NCBI GenBank assembly: GCA_035253345.1
Contig: DATFCH010000046.1
Span: 1-34,200 of the forward strand
Direction: 5' to 3'
Length of the DNA stretch: 34,200 nucleotides
Source: Nitrososphaeraceae archaeon
GTDB taxonomy: Archaea; Thermoproteota; Nitrososphaeria; Nitrososphaerales; Nitrososphaeraceae
Below are positions 1 through 8,975 of the stretch, piece by piece. Every line of letters begins with the position of its first letter. Within the stretch, counting starts at the first letter, position 1. Below the pieces are notes generated by a model. It had not been told where the DNA came from, did not search any database, and saw only the letters and a program-made list of their open reading frames with translations. The position numbers and the translations under genes are program-made.

Positions 1-67
1 ATTTTTTAATCATGAAGGAATTTATATTATAATTTTAAACTATTGATCAAAATGTGTAGATGAATTT

Positions 68-1261
68 ATGAAGCAAGGACCTAATTTTCATAATGATAAT
101 AATTCAACTGATAATGATATGGATCTAGCAGAAATTGAAGCAGAACAAGGACTTCCGTTGGATATATTAGAAAAAAGAAAAAAAGGGCAATTAAAAACGG
201 GTTTTACTACTGGTACATCTGCTTCTGCAGCCACTAAAGCTGCCTTATTAACTCTTATATCATCTTCAATTTTTAATACTGTAGATGTTGTCCTTCCGAA
301 GGGCAAAAATGTTACACTTAAAATAGCCTGGACTAGAGTGGATAAAAATAACCACTCTGTAACTAGTGCAGTAATAAAAGATGGAGGTGATGATCCCGAT
401 GTTACACATGGTGCAGAAATATGTTCTACTGTTTCAATAACCAAAAGAAAAGGGCTTGTTGAAATTGATGGAGGCTATGGGGTTGGGCGAGTAACTAGAC
501 CAGGACTGGGATTAGAAATAGGAGGACCTGCAATTAATCCCGTTCCGAAAAAAATGATTGAAGCTATTGTTTTTGATACTGGAAAAGATTTGTTAGTTCA
601 AAATGGGATTAAAATTATTATATCAGTTCCTAAAGGAGTAGAATTAGCAAAAAAAACAGATAATCCTAGACTGGGAATAGTGGATGGTATATCCATTCTG
701 GGAACAACTGGGATAGTTTTTCCTTATTCTACAGCTTCATTTGCTGCATCAATCAGACAAAGTCTTGATGTTGCAGTATCTCTTGGTACTAATATAGTTG
801 TATTGACAACCGGCGGGAGAAGCGAGGATTTTATCAAACAATTGTATAAAAGTTTGCCAGAGTTTGCCTTCATTCAAATGGGAGATTTTTCAGGTTATAC
901 TATTAAACAGTGTGCAACAAGAAATATAAAAAAAATTATTATTGCTGGATTTATCGGCAAGTTAACTAAAATGGCAATGGGCGTAAAACAAACTCATGTC
1001 AGAGGATCTCATATTAGTATTCAATTTATGGCTAAATTGGCTTCTGAATGTATTGATTCCAAAGAAATTATAAATGAAATAACACAAGCTAACACTGCGA
1101 GACATGTTTATGAAATAATCAGTCAATATAAAATCAAAAATTATTTTAATCTAATATGCCAACATGTTTATAACGAAATGTACAGCCATTCTAATAATTC
1201 CCTAGAAATTAAAGTAATTATGTTTGATTTCGAAGGCCAAATATGCGGTAAGTATCCTTAA
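68..1261 (+). CDS. cbiD: Cobalt-precorrin-5B C1-methyltransferase
   Basis: Motifs LKTGFTTGTSASAA, VIKDGGDDPDVTHG, GRVTRPGL, PAINPVP, NPRLGIVDGISILGTTGIV, GKLTKMA; neighbouring cbi genes. Confidence 0.96.
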   Translation: MKQGPNFHNDNNSTDNDMDLAEIEAEQGLPLDILEKRKKGQLKTGFTTGTSASAATKAALLTLISSSIFNTVDVVLPKGKNVTLKIAWTRVDKNNHSVTSAVIKDGGDDPDVTHGAEICSTVSITKRKGLVEIDGGYGVGRVTRPGLGLEIGGPAINPVPKKMIEAIVFDTGKDLLVQNGIKIIISVPKGVELAKKTDNPRLGIVDGISILGTTGIVFPYSTASFAASIRQSLDVAVSLGTNIVVLTTGGRSEDFIKQLYKSLPEFAFIQMGDFSGYTIKQCATRNIKKIIIAGFIGKLTKMAMGVKQTHVRGSHISIQFMAKLASECIDSKEIINEITQANTARHVYEIISQYKIKNYFNLICQHVYNEMYSHSNNSLEIKVIMFDFEGQICGKYP

Positions 1262-1386
1262 CCGTATTTCTTTCAACAAATGATATGTTAAGTTAATCAA
1301 ATAGCTAGTAAAATATACGGTAAATTATATTGATAGTGCTTTATTACAAGGAAAGGAATAAATTTAATAGTTAATAATGAAAACGG

Positions 1387-2454
1387 TTGAAAGAAAAAGT
1401 TGCAGTTCTAGCCATTACGAAAAATGGTATCAAAATAGCAGAAATTATAAAAAAAAATATTCCGACTGCAAATATTTATGTACCTATTAAATTTCATTAT
1501 GATGATTCTAATATTATATGGTTCGAAGAGTCTACACAAAAAAAAATAATAGATCTTTTTAAAACAAACGATGCAATAATATGTATTTTTTCATTGGGTG
1601 CTGTAATTCGGTTAATTTCACATCTAATAGTTGACAAGAGAACAGATCCTGCAATTTTAGTTATCGACGATAAAGCAAATTTTGTCATAAGTACTCTTTC
1701 AGGTCACTTGGGTGGTGCTAATGCTTTAGCACGTTATATTTCGACTTTTCTTAAATCAACGCCTGTGATCACTACAGCTGCGGATGTTAACAAAACTATT
1801 AGTGTTGATTTAATCGGTAACGAATTAGGATGGATTATAAATAATTATGAAAATGTAACACAAGTTAGTGCTCATATGGTGAATAATGAAAAGATTGCCC
1901 TTTTCCAGGACACAGGCGAGCAAAGTTGGTGGGATATGACGAAACTACCTTCTAATGTATTTAAAGTTAAGGATGTAGAATCTATCAAAGATGATTCATT
2001 TAGGAGTGGACTAATTATTACAGATAAAATAATTACTGATAGTACTATTTTACATAAATCAGTAGTCTATCGTCCTAAAAGCTTAGTTGTCGGTATTGGT
2101 CTTCATTGGGATACAACAAAAGAGGAAATATTAAAAGGTATCCAAAATATATTTGAAAAAAATGGTTTGGGTTTTGATTCAATTAAATGCCTCTCTTCTA
2201 TTAAAAAAAATATAAGGATCAAGGGATTAGATCAATTTTCTAAGGATTATAATATTCCTTTATTCCTTTTTGACAAAGAACAATTAGAAAAAATAACAGT
2301 TCCTAATCCTTCCGATATAGTTAAAAAATTTGAGGGAATTGTAAGTGTCTCAGAAGCTTCTTCCCTTTTTTGTTCCAAAGGAACCTTATTAATTCCAAAA
2401 CAGAAATTTCCCCCTAATTTGACTATTGCCGTATCCCGAGTGAAATTTTCATGA
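1387..2454 (+). CDS. cbiG: Cobalt-precorrin-5A hydrolase
   Basis: DKRTDPAILVID, LSGHLGGAN, PVITTAAD, LVVGIG, SVSEASS; TTG start; overlaps next gene (ATGA). Confidence 0.95.
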   Translation: MKEKVAVLAITKNGIKIAEIIKKNIPTANIYVPIKFHYDDSNIIWFEESTQKKIIDLFKTNDAIICIFSLGAVIRLISHLIVDKRTDPAILVIDDKANFVISTLSGHLGGANALARYISTFLKSTPVITTAADVNKTISVDLIGNELGWIINNYENVTQVSAHMVNNEKIALFQDTGEQSWWDMTKLPSNVFKVKDVESIKDDSFRSGLIITDKIITDSTILHKSVVYRPKSLVVGIGLHWDTTKEEILKGIQNIFEKNGLGFDSIKCLSSIKKNIRIKGLDQFSKDYNIPLFLFDKEQLEKITVPNPSDIVKKFEGIVSVSEASSLFCSKGTLLIPKQKFPPNLTIAVSRVKFS

Positions 2455-3206
2455 GAAAAGCATTTTTAATAATAGATAGAGGAAGCAAAGAACAGGAGGT
2501 TCGAGAAGAATTATTATTAATTTCACAAAAAGCTAAAGAAAAAGGTGGTTATGTCTATTCAAATTATTGTTTCTTAGAAGTAATACCTCCATATATTGAA
2601 GAGGGAATTAAAAATTGCATTAACGAAAAAGTTGATTTGATAACAGTAATGCCGTATTTTCTTTATCCAGGAATGAAGTTAAAAGATGCCGTTCAGAAAA
2701 CTGCTGAAATTACCAAGAAATTAAAATTAAAATTAGTAATTACTAAACCTTTATGTTATTCAGAAATCCTTCCACTGGTAATTAGAGAGAGATTAACAAA
2801 ACTAAAAAATGATTATTCCTTAAAAGTAAGAGACTCCGAATGTGATATTCTTGTTATAGGTCACGGAAGCTCTGACAGAAGAGCTAGGGAAGCTTTTATC
2901 TTCACCATCAATCATATATCACAATTCTATAAGAATGTTGAATTTTGTTTTCTAGAATTGGATACACCAAGTATCGAAGAAGGAATCAAATCAATTCTAA
3001 AAAAACATCCTAAATTTCTATTGATTATGCCTTATTTTTTACATAAAGGGATACATATAAAAAAAGACATAGGGAATGAAATTAGAAACGTAATGCAAAA
3101 ATATCCTTTTTCAAATACTTTTATTGCAGATCATATAGGAGTGGATGAAAAAATGATAGCACTCCTTCTGGAGCGTGCCAAAGAGGTTGAAAAAAGAATT
3201 GTCTAA
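2451..3206 (+). CDS. cbiX: Sirohydrochlorin cobaltochelatase, two-domain CbiX/SirB family
   Basis: Two internal repeats (CFLE..P.IEEGI; MPYFL..G); C-terminal repeat has GHGS and GIHIKKDI. Confidence 0.9.
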   Translation: MRKAFLIIDRGSKEQEVREELLLISQKAKEKGGYVYSNYCFLEVIPPYIEEGIKNCINEKVDLITVMPYFLYPGMKLKDAVQKTAEITKKLKLKLVITKPLCYSEILPLVIRERLTKLKNDYSLKVRDSECDILVIGHGSSDRRAREAFIFTINHISQFYKNVEFCFLELDTPSIEEGIKSILKKHPKFLLIMPYFLHKGIHIKKDIGNEIRNVMQKYPFSNTFIADHIGVDEKMIALLLERAKEVEKRIV

Positions 3207-3870
3207 ACACGATTTCAAAGAAAATTACGAAAATCGATCTATGTCTTTAAAATCATTTGACATAGAGAAAAACAGCTTCGAAATTATCGATAAGGAGGTT
3301 GGAATACATGACTATGATTTAAATCGTGAATGGAATATTGTCAGAAGAGTTATTCATGCAACAGCTGACTTCGAATTTGCCAATAAACAAAAATTATTGT
3401 TTAACCATGATGCAATTCAATCCGCCTTTAAGGGATTTCAAAATAAATGTAATATTATTACAGATGTGGAAATGGTCCGTTCAGGTATTTCTAAAATCTC
3501 TCTTAATAAACTCGAGCTAAAATGCATATGTAATATTTCAGATATAGATGTTATTAATAATGCTAAAAGATTTAATAAAACCAGATCTGAAGTTTCCATG
3601 CGAAATCTAGCCAAGGAAATTAATGGAGGTATTGTTGTAATAGGGAACGCTCCAACCGCATTATATGAAGTTCTCAAAATGGTTAACGAAAAGGTATCTA
3701 TTCCTTCCTTAGTGATAGGAGTACCAGTAGGCTTTGTTTCTGCAGTAGAGTCTAAAATCGAACTTTCTAAATCATTAATTCCTAATATTACCAATATAGG
3801 AAGAAAAGGCGGGAGTTCAGTGGCTTGTTCAATCATAAATGCATTAATGTTATTGTACATTCATTCATAG
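3199..3870 (+). CDS. cbiC: Cobalt-precorrin-8 methylmutase
   Basis: RRVIHATADF, IITDVEM, TRSE, IGNAPTAL, GVPVGFV, GRKGGS. Start placed at in-frame TTG 3199 behind GAGGT; ORF track starts at 3175. Confidence 0.95.
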   Translation: MSKHDFKENYENRSMSLKSFDIEKNSFEIIDKEVGIHDYDLNREWNIVRRVIHATADFEFANKQKLLFNHDAIQSAFKGFQNKCNIITDVEMVRSGISKISLNKLELKCICNISDIDVINNAKRFNKTRSEVSMRNLAKEINGGIVVIGNAPTALYEVLKMVNEKVSIPSLVIGVPVGFVSAVESKIELSKSLIPNITNIGRKGGSSVACSIINALMLLYIHS

Positions 3871-3938
3871 GGTAAAATAACAATTTTTTATTTGATATTA
3901 GCAACTGTTAAAAATGATTTGTTTGATGAATTAGCATA

Positions 3939-4373
3939 GTGAAAGATCTTACTACAGAAATTGAAATAAATTCCTCACCGCAAGCCGTATGGGATATACT
4001 TACTGATTTTTCAAATTATCCTCAATGGAATCCTATTCTAACAAAAGTAGTAGGACAACTTTTAATAGACAATAAATTAGAAATTCATATAACTACAATT
4101 GGGGGAAAAAGTAGGATTTATCATCCTAAAATTACAAAAATTGTCCCAAATCAAGAACTAAGATGGACAGGAAAATTTTTTTTACCTCAGATTTTTTCGG
4201 GCGAACGAATTTTTTTAATAGAAAAAGTATTTAATGATAAAATCAAATTTGTCAACAAAGAAATTTTTTCAGGAATAGGGATAAAATTAGCTCCACAAAA
4301 AATGGAAAATGATATTTTGTTAAGTTTTAAAAAAATGAATGAAGCATTAAAAAAAACTGCTGAACATTCATAA
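3939..4373 (+). CDS. SRPBCC/START-like (polyketide cyclase/dehydrase family) protein
   Basis: EIEINSSPQAVWDILTDFSNYPQWNP and C-terminal helix FKKMNEALKKTAE. Confidence 0.85.
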   Translation: MKDLTTEIEINSSPQAVWDILTDFSNYPQWNPILTKVVGQLLIDNKLEIHITTIGGKSRIYHPKITKIVPNQELRWTGKFFLPQIFSGERIFLIEKVFNDKIKFVNKEIFSGIGIKLAPQKMENDILLSFKKMNEALKKTAEHS

Positions 4374-4613
4374 ATATGTTATAGGTCTCTTCATATCTTG
4401 AAAAATGTTAGAAACGGAATGTTTAGTGTAATAGACTATTGTTTTAGTAAAATCTTACAATCAAATAACATATCCCCACGATTATAAAAAAGCCATTATT
4501 AAATACATATTAAACTAAAAAGATACATCATTTGGTTTAAAAATCTGAAATAATATTTTATAACAAGTTATAGAATAAGAAATATCTTAATTTACACAAA
4601 GAGTTTATGTAAT

Positions 4614-5645
4614 TTATTTATTGACAATTATGGCTTTAATTACTTTATTTCTACTCCGAGCACTTTCAAACGCATCTTTTGTTTGAGTAATATTATATCT
4701 ATGGGTAATAATTTTATTAACATCAATTTTTTTCGTTTTGATAAGATATAATGCTTCTGATATTTCTTTATTTGTTGCAGCATAGGTGGTTTTAAGCTTA
4801 ATATCTTTCGAAAAGATTTTATTAATATCTAAATGGACTTTAGCATCTTTTTGAGGCTCACCAAAGATCAATATGGTACCTCCATTACGTATTATTTCAA
4901 TTGCCTTACTAAGTACCTTCATATCAGATGTAGCAATAATAATTAAATCTGGCTGATGAGTTTTTTTATTTTCATAAAAAGTTCTAAGAAAGTCAGATTT
5001 ATTTCCATCTATACATATTCCAAGATGCATTTCTTCGAAAAATTTTAATCGATTTGGATTTAGATCTACACCATAAATTTGAGATGCTCCATTCTTTTTG
5101 GCCAACATACCATAAAGTAATCCAATAGGGCCTAAACCAAATATTAACAACTTGTCATCTTTCTTAAATAATATTTTTTTCCATCCACGAATACAGCATG
5201 CCAGAGGTTCTATCATTGAACCATCTTCAAAACTCATAGAATCTGGAAGTTCAAAGAAACTTTCAGTTTCGATGATCCATTCTGACAGAATAATTTTTTC
5301 TGCAATACCACATGGAAAAATATTACTTACAAATTTTTCACACATTGTTTCATTTCCATGCATACAATAATGGCAACTATTGCAAGGAGCATGATGATTT
5401 ACAAAAATTCTTTTTCCTTCTAGATTATTTTTTTTAAAGTTTGTTCCGACTTTAATGATCGTACCAGTAATTTCATGCCCCAAATTTAAACTAGGTTTGC
5501 ATGACTCGGAATATATATTCCCAATATCAGAACCACAAATTCCACATGCCCCTAATTTTATTAAAATTTCTTTATCCTGAATTGGCGGTTCTTCCAAATC
5601 AATTAATGAATATGTTTTATCAGGAAATAGTTTTAAGGCCTTCAT
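4614..5645 (-). CDS. Zn-dependent medium-chain dehydrogenase (sorbitol/threonine dehydrogenase-like)
   Basis: CGICGSD, GHE, structural zinc CxxCxxC-x7-C, EPLAC, GLGPIG Rossmann motif. Confidence 0.9.
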   Translation of the reverse strand: MKALKLFPDKTYSLIDLEEPPIQDKEILIKLGACGICGSDIGNIYSESCKPSLNLGHEITGTIIKVGTNFKKNNLEGKRIFVNHHAPCNSCHYCMHGNETMCEKFVSNIFPCGIAEKIILSEWIIETESFFELPDSMSFEDGSMIEPLACCIRGWKKILFKKDDKLLIFGLGPIGLLYGMLAKKNGASQIYGVDLNPNRLKFFEEMHLGICIDGNKSDFLRTFYENKKTHQPDLIIIATSDMKVLSKAIEIIRNGGTILIFGEPQKDAKVHLDINKIFSKDIKLKTTYAATNKEISEALYLIKTKKIDVNKIITHRYNITQTKDAFESARSRNKVIKAIIVNK

Positions 5646-5726
5646 AAGCTATGATTATATAACATAATATATAATAAAATTTAATAACCCTATAAAAAAT
5701 TAATTAAACCTTTTGATTAATTAAAT

Positions 5727-7145
5727 TTACTTTTTCGAATATTTCTCACAATTTAAAACAAAATTCTTAGGTAATCTACTATTGGAAAAATGAAGATGAT
5801 TATATGATGCAAGAGTATTATATATTGAGATACCATCTCTATTGTTTGCTATTCCTATCCCTATGTCTAGCTTATATGAAAATGTAGTGTCATGATGGAT
5901 ATTTTCAACTTTAGAGTAGTGAAATTCATGGCCTCTGATGCTTTTTACTCCGTCAAACAAAGATGAATTATTTATAATTTTCCCTTGGGTGTAATTTAAG
6001 ATTAATTTATTTGTCATTACTGTTGAAGCGTCTATTAAACCAATCATTTTGTACCTTTTAGAACTTATTTTAGGTTTAGCATCCTCATTATTTCTTCTGG
6101 ATATATTTTCGGTTATTGATTTACAAAGATACATTAAACCACCACATTCTGCATATATTGGGATTTCTGTTTCAGCTATTTTTTTTATAGAATTCATCAT
6201 CATTTGATTATTAGTTAGATCTTTAGACATTATTTCTGGAAATCCTCCTCCTAATAAAATACCATGAATATCAGTTGGAATATGAGTATCGTGTAATGGA
6301 CTAAAAAAAAGAAGATTAGCCCCATTTTGTTGTAAAGCATCTAAATTTTCTTGATAATAAAAATTAAATGAACTATCCAACGCAACTGCAATTTTAATTT
6401 TTTTTAGATTTTTTTTAGATACATATTTTTTTTTAGGTTTTGGGTTATTTTTTAGAGGTACGATTAGGCTATTTAATTTATCAGAATCTAAAAGATTAGA
6501 TATTATTTTCAATGATTTTAATATATTTGTTTTTGCTTTATTGTTTAATTCTAATGTAGGAATTAATCCTAAATGCCTTTCCGGCAAAATAAAATCTTGA
6601 TTTTTATAGATGATCCCAATAATTGGTATCTTAATATTATTCTCAAAGGCATCTTTGATTAGATACAAGTGTTTTGCACTAGCTATTTTATTTAGAATAA
6701 TTCCTTTGATTTTCAATTTTTTATCAAAATTCATAAACCCATAAGCAATGGCGGCTATAGATCTCGCCGCTTTACTCGAATCTATAACCAGTATTATAGG
6801 AGAATTTAAAATTTTTGCTATTTGTGCAGTGCTTGCAAAATCACTTTTTCCTTCTAATCCATCAAATAAACCCATCACTCCCTCAATAATCGCCAAGTCT
6901 TTTCCTTGAGTATATTTTTCAAATGTCTCAACTACTCCCTTTTCTCCCATTAACCATGCATCTAAATTATAACAAGGATTTTTAGTTACAAAAGAATGAT
7001 ATACAGGGTCGATAAAATCAGGACCAATTTTGAATGACTGTACTTTGTAACCAAGGAGTTTAAATTTATGAATGATCCCTAGTGTTATAAAAGTTTTGCC
7101 TACACCGCTTGTAGTTCCGGCTACTATAATTCGAGGAATTGACAT
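5727..7145 (-). CDS. cbiA: Cobyrinate a,c-diamide synthase
   Basis: SGVGKT P-loop, FKIGPDFIDP, IEGVMGLFDG, LPERHLGL, GGGFPE, AECGGLMYL, GHEFHYS. Confidence 0.96.
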   Translation of the reverse strand: MSIPRIIVAGTTSGVGKTFITLGIIHKFKLLGYKVQSFKIGPDFIDPVYHSFVTKNPCYNLDAWLMGEKGVVETFEKYTQGKDLAIIEGVMGLFDGLEGKSDFASTAQIAKILNSPIILVIDSSKAARSIAAIAYGFMNFDKKLKIKGIILNKIASAKHLYLIKDAFENNIKIPIIGIIYKNQDFILPERHLGLIPTLELNNKAKTNILKSLKIISNLLDSDKLNSLIVPLKNNPKPKKKYVSKKNLKKIKIAVALDSSFNFYYQENLDALQQNGANLLFFSPLHDTHIPTDIHGILLGGGFPEIMSKDLTNNQMMMNSIKKIAETEIPIYAECGGLMYLCKSITENISRRNNEDAKPKISSKRYKMIGLIDASTVMTNKLILNYTQGKIINNSSLFDGVKSIRGHEFHYSKVENIHHDTTFSYKLDIGIGIANNRDGISIYNTLASYNHLHFSNSRLPKNFVLNCEKYSKK

Positions 7146-7270
7146 TGTATTAATTAGACTTAAAGCAAATATTATTTTTTAGTTGACCTTACTCTTTTAT
7201 AATTTATTGATTTTTTACGTTTACCAAATACGACAATATTAAATTAATTTTAATTAATGATAAAAATAAC

Positions 7271-8965
7271 TCATTTTCTTATTTCTCTCAACTTTACATT
7301 ATAAGCCAAACCAAATCTATGTGATTCATCTCGTAATGCTTGGAGCAAATGTAATCCAATATTCCTTTTAGAAGGTTCAAAAGGAGTGGACGAATTCAAT
7401 GTATAAATTTGTTCATTTTCTTTAGCTAAAGAAATTAACGGTATATTCAGTCCTATTTTTTTTAAAGCACTTTCAGCAGATCTTAATTGACCTTTTCCAC
7501 CGTCAATTACTATAAGATTTGGTAATGCATCTTCTATATTCCCTTTTTTAGATAGATTATGAGGATTTTTGACTAATGTTAATTTATTTTGAGATTTAAT
7601 ATTGGAAGAATATTTTCGATAAACAATTTCATTGATCATTGAATAATCATCCTGTTTTAACCTAATTGTTTTAATTTTAAACTTTTTGTAACCTTTTTTA
7701 TATGGATATCCATTAACAAATCTTACACACGCTCCCACGGCGAAGGTAATGCCAAAATTTGATACATCGAAACAATCAATGATAAAGGGATAATCGTGTA
7801 ATTTTAAAAAGTTTTTTAGTTCTATAATCGAAGGATTATATTCCTTTTCTATTTGATTAGATAGATTTCTAAGAATTAAAGCCATTAAATCTTTTTTATC
7901 ATTCTTAGTTGAGCTATCAACCTTTATAATTTTTACGTCATGATGACATAATTTGCTCAATGCTAACTCTAAGTTTTTTTTTGATGGCGGAGATTCATTT
8001 ACATATATTTCTTCTGGAATTAATTTTGAAGTACTATAATACTGAAATATGAAAGTAGAAAAATTGTTATCACCTATGTGTTCATATTCATAATGCCGGC
8101 GGTCACTTATTACTCCATTTGATTTTTTAAAGATAAGAATATGATCCTTCGATGTGAAAATATCTGTTCTGATACCTATATATTCTTCATTAGTTTTATA
8201 TTTTGATTCCATTTTTTGTTTGATTAATAAATTCTCTATAGTCTTAATGGTATCACGAACTTCTTTGGCTCTTTCATAGTTTTGTTGTTGTGATGCAGTG
8301 TCCATTTCCAATTTTAATTCAGAAATAAGAGTCTCTAAATTACTACTCTCGCTAAAAATTTGTTTCAATTTATTTATATTTTCATTATAGGTTTGTTCAC
8401 TAACATTACTTATACAGGGTGCATCACAATTTTTAATAAAATATTCTAAACATGGAATTTTTGGTAATATATTACATATTCTTATTTTGAACATTTTACG
8501 CAGCATTCCAATCGAAAGAAACCTTGAACTCCCATAAACTATTGGACCATAAATTTCTCCATTTATCCCTTGGAACTGGCCATCTCTATTTCTTCTTGCA
8601 ACAAGTAATCTTGGGAATCTTTCATCTGTTATTTTCAAATATGTATATCTTTGCTGATCTTTTAATTCAATATTGTAAAGGGGTCTATATCTCTTAATCA
8701 GATTAGATTCTAAGATAAATGCTTCAACCTCATTATCTGTTAAAATATATTCGATTTCAAATACTTTATTTATCATAAGTTTTGTTTTTTCTAAATTTCT
8801 TTCAATATTATGATTGGAATTAAGATTGTAATAACTATATATTCGATTTTTTAGATTTTTTGCCTTTCCGATATAAATTGTCTTTCCAGTCTTGTCTTTC
8901 ATCAAATATACTCCTGATCCACAGGGAATTTTCGTTTCTTTTTTATCGTTGTTAAAAAATGTCAT
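7271..8965 (-). CDS. uvrC: Excinuclease ABC subunit C (no C-terminal HhH domain)
   Basis: GIY-YIG (GVYLM..IYIGKAKNLKNR), Cys cluster, UVR coiled coil, RNase H-like domain (DCFDVSN, DDY, IDGGKGQ, RDESHRF). Confidence 0.95.
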   Translation of the reverse strand: MTFFNNDKKETKIPCGSGVYLMKDKTGKTIYIGKAKNLKNRIYSYYNLNSNHNIERNLEKTKLMINKVFEIEYILTDNEVEAFILESNLIKRYRPLYNIELKDQQRYTYLKITDERFPRLLVARRNRDGQFQGINGEIYGPIVYGSSRFLSIGMLRKMFKIRICNILPKIPCLEYFIKNCDAPCISNVSEQTYNENINKLKQIFSESSNLETLISELKLEMDTASQQQNYERAKEVRDTIKTIENLLIKQKMESKYKTNEEYIGIRTDIFTSKDHILIFKKSNGVISDRRHYEYEHIGDNNFSTFIFQYYSTSKLIPEEIYVNESPPSKKNLELALSKLCHHDVKIIKVDSSTKNDKKDLMALILRNLSNQIEKEYNPSIIELKNFLKLHDYPFIIDCFDVSNFGITFAVGACVRFVNGYPYKKGYKKFKIKTIRLKQDDYSMINEIVYRKYSSNIKSQNKLTLVKNPHNLSKKGNIEDALPNLIVIDGGKGQLRSAESALKKIGLNIPLISLAKENEQIYTLNSSTPFEPSKRNIGLHLLQALRDESHRFGLAYNVKLREIRK

Positions 8966-8975
8966 TGGTGAATAA

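Noticed and set aside
1-67. Cobalamin riboswitch near the cbi genes (also checked 1262-1386 and 7146-7270)
   Set aside because: Spacers are short and AT-rich with no B12-box-like conserved sequence
7200-7270. In-frame FNIVVFGKRKKSI after the uvrC stop as an HhH remnant
   Set aside because: Interrupted by stops, lacks the GIG hairpin and spacing does not match well
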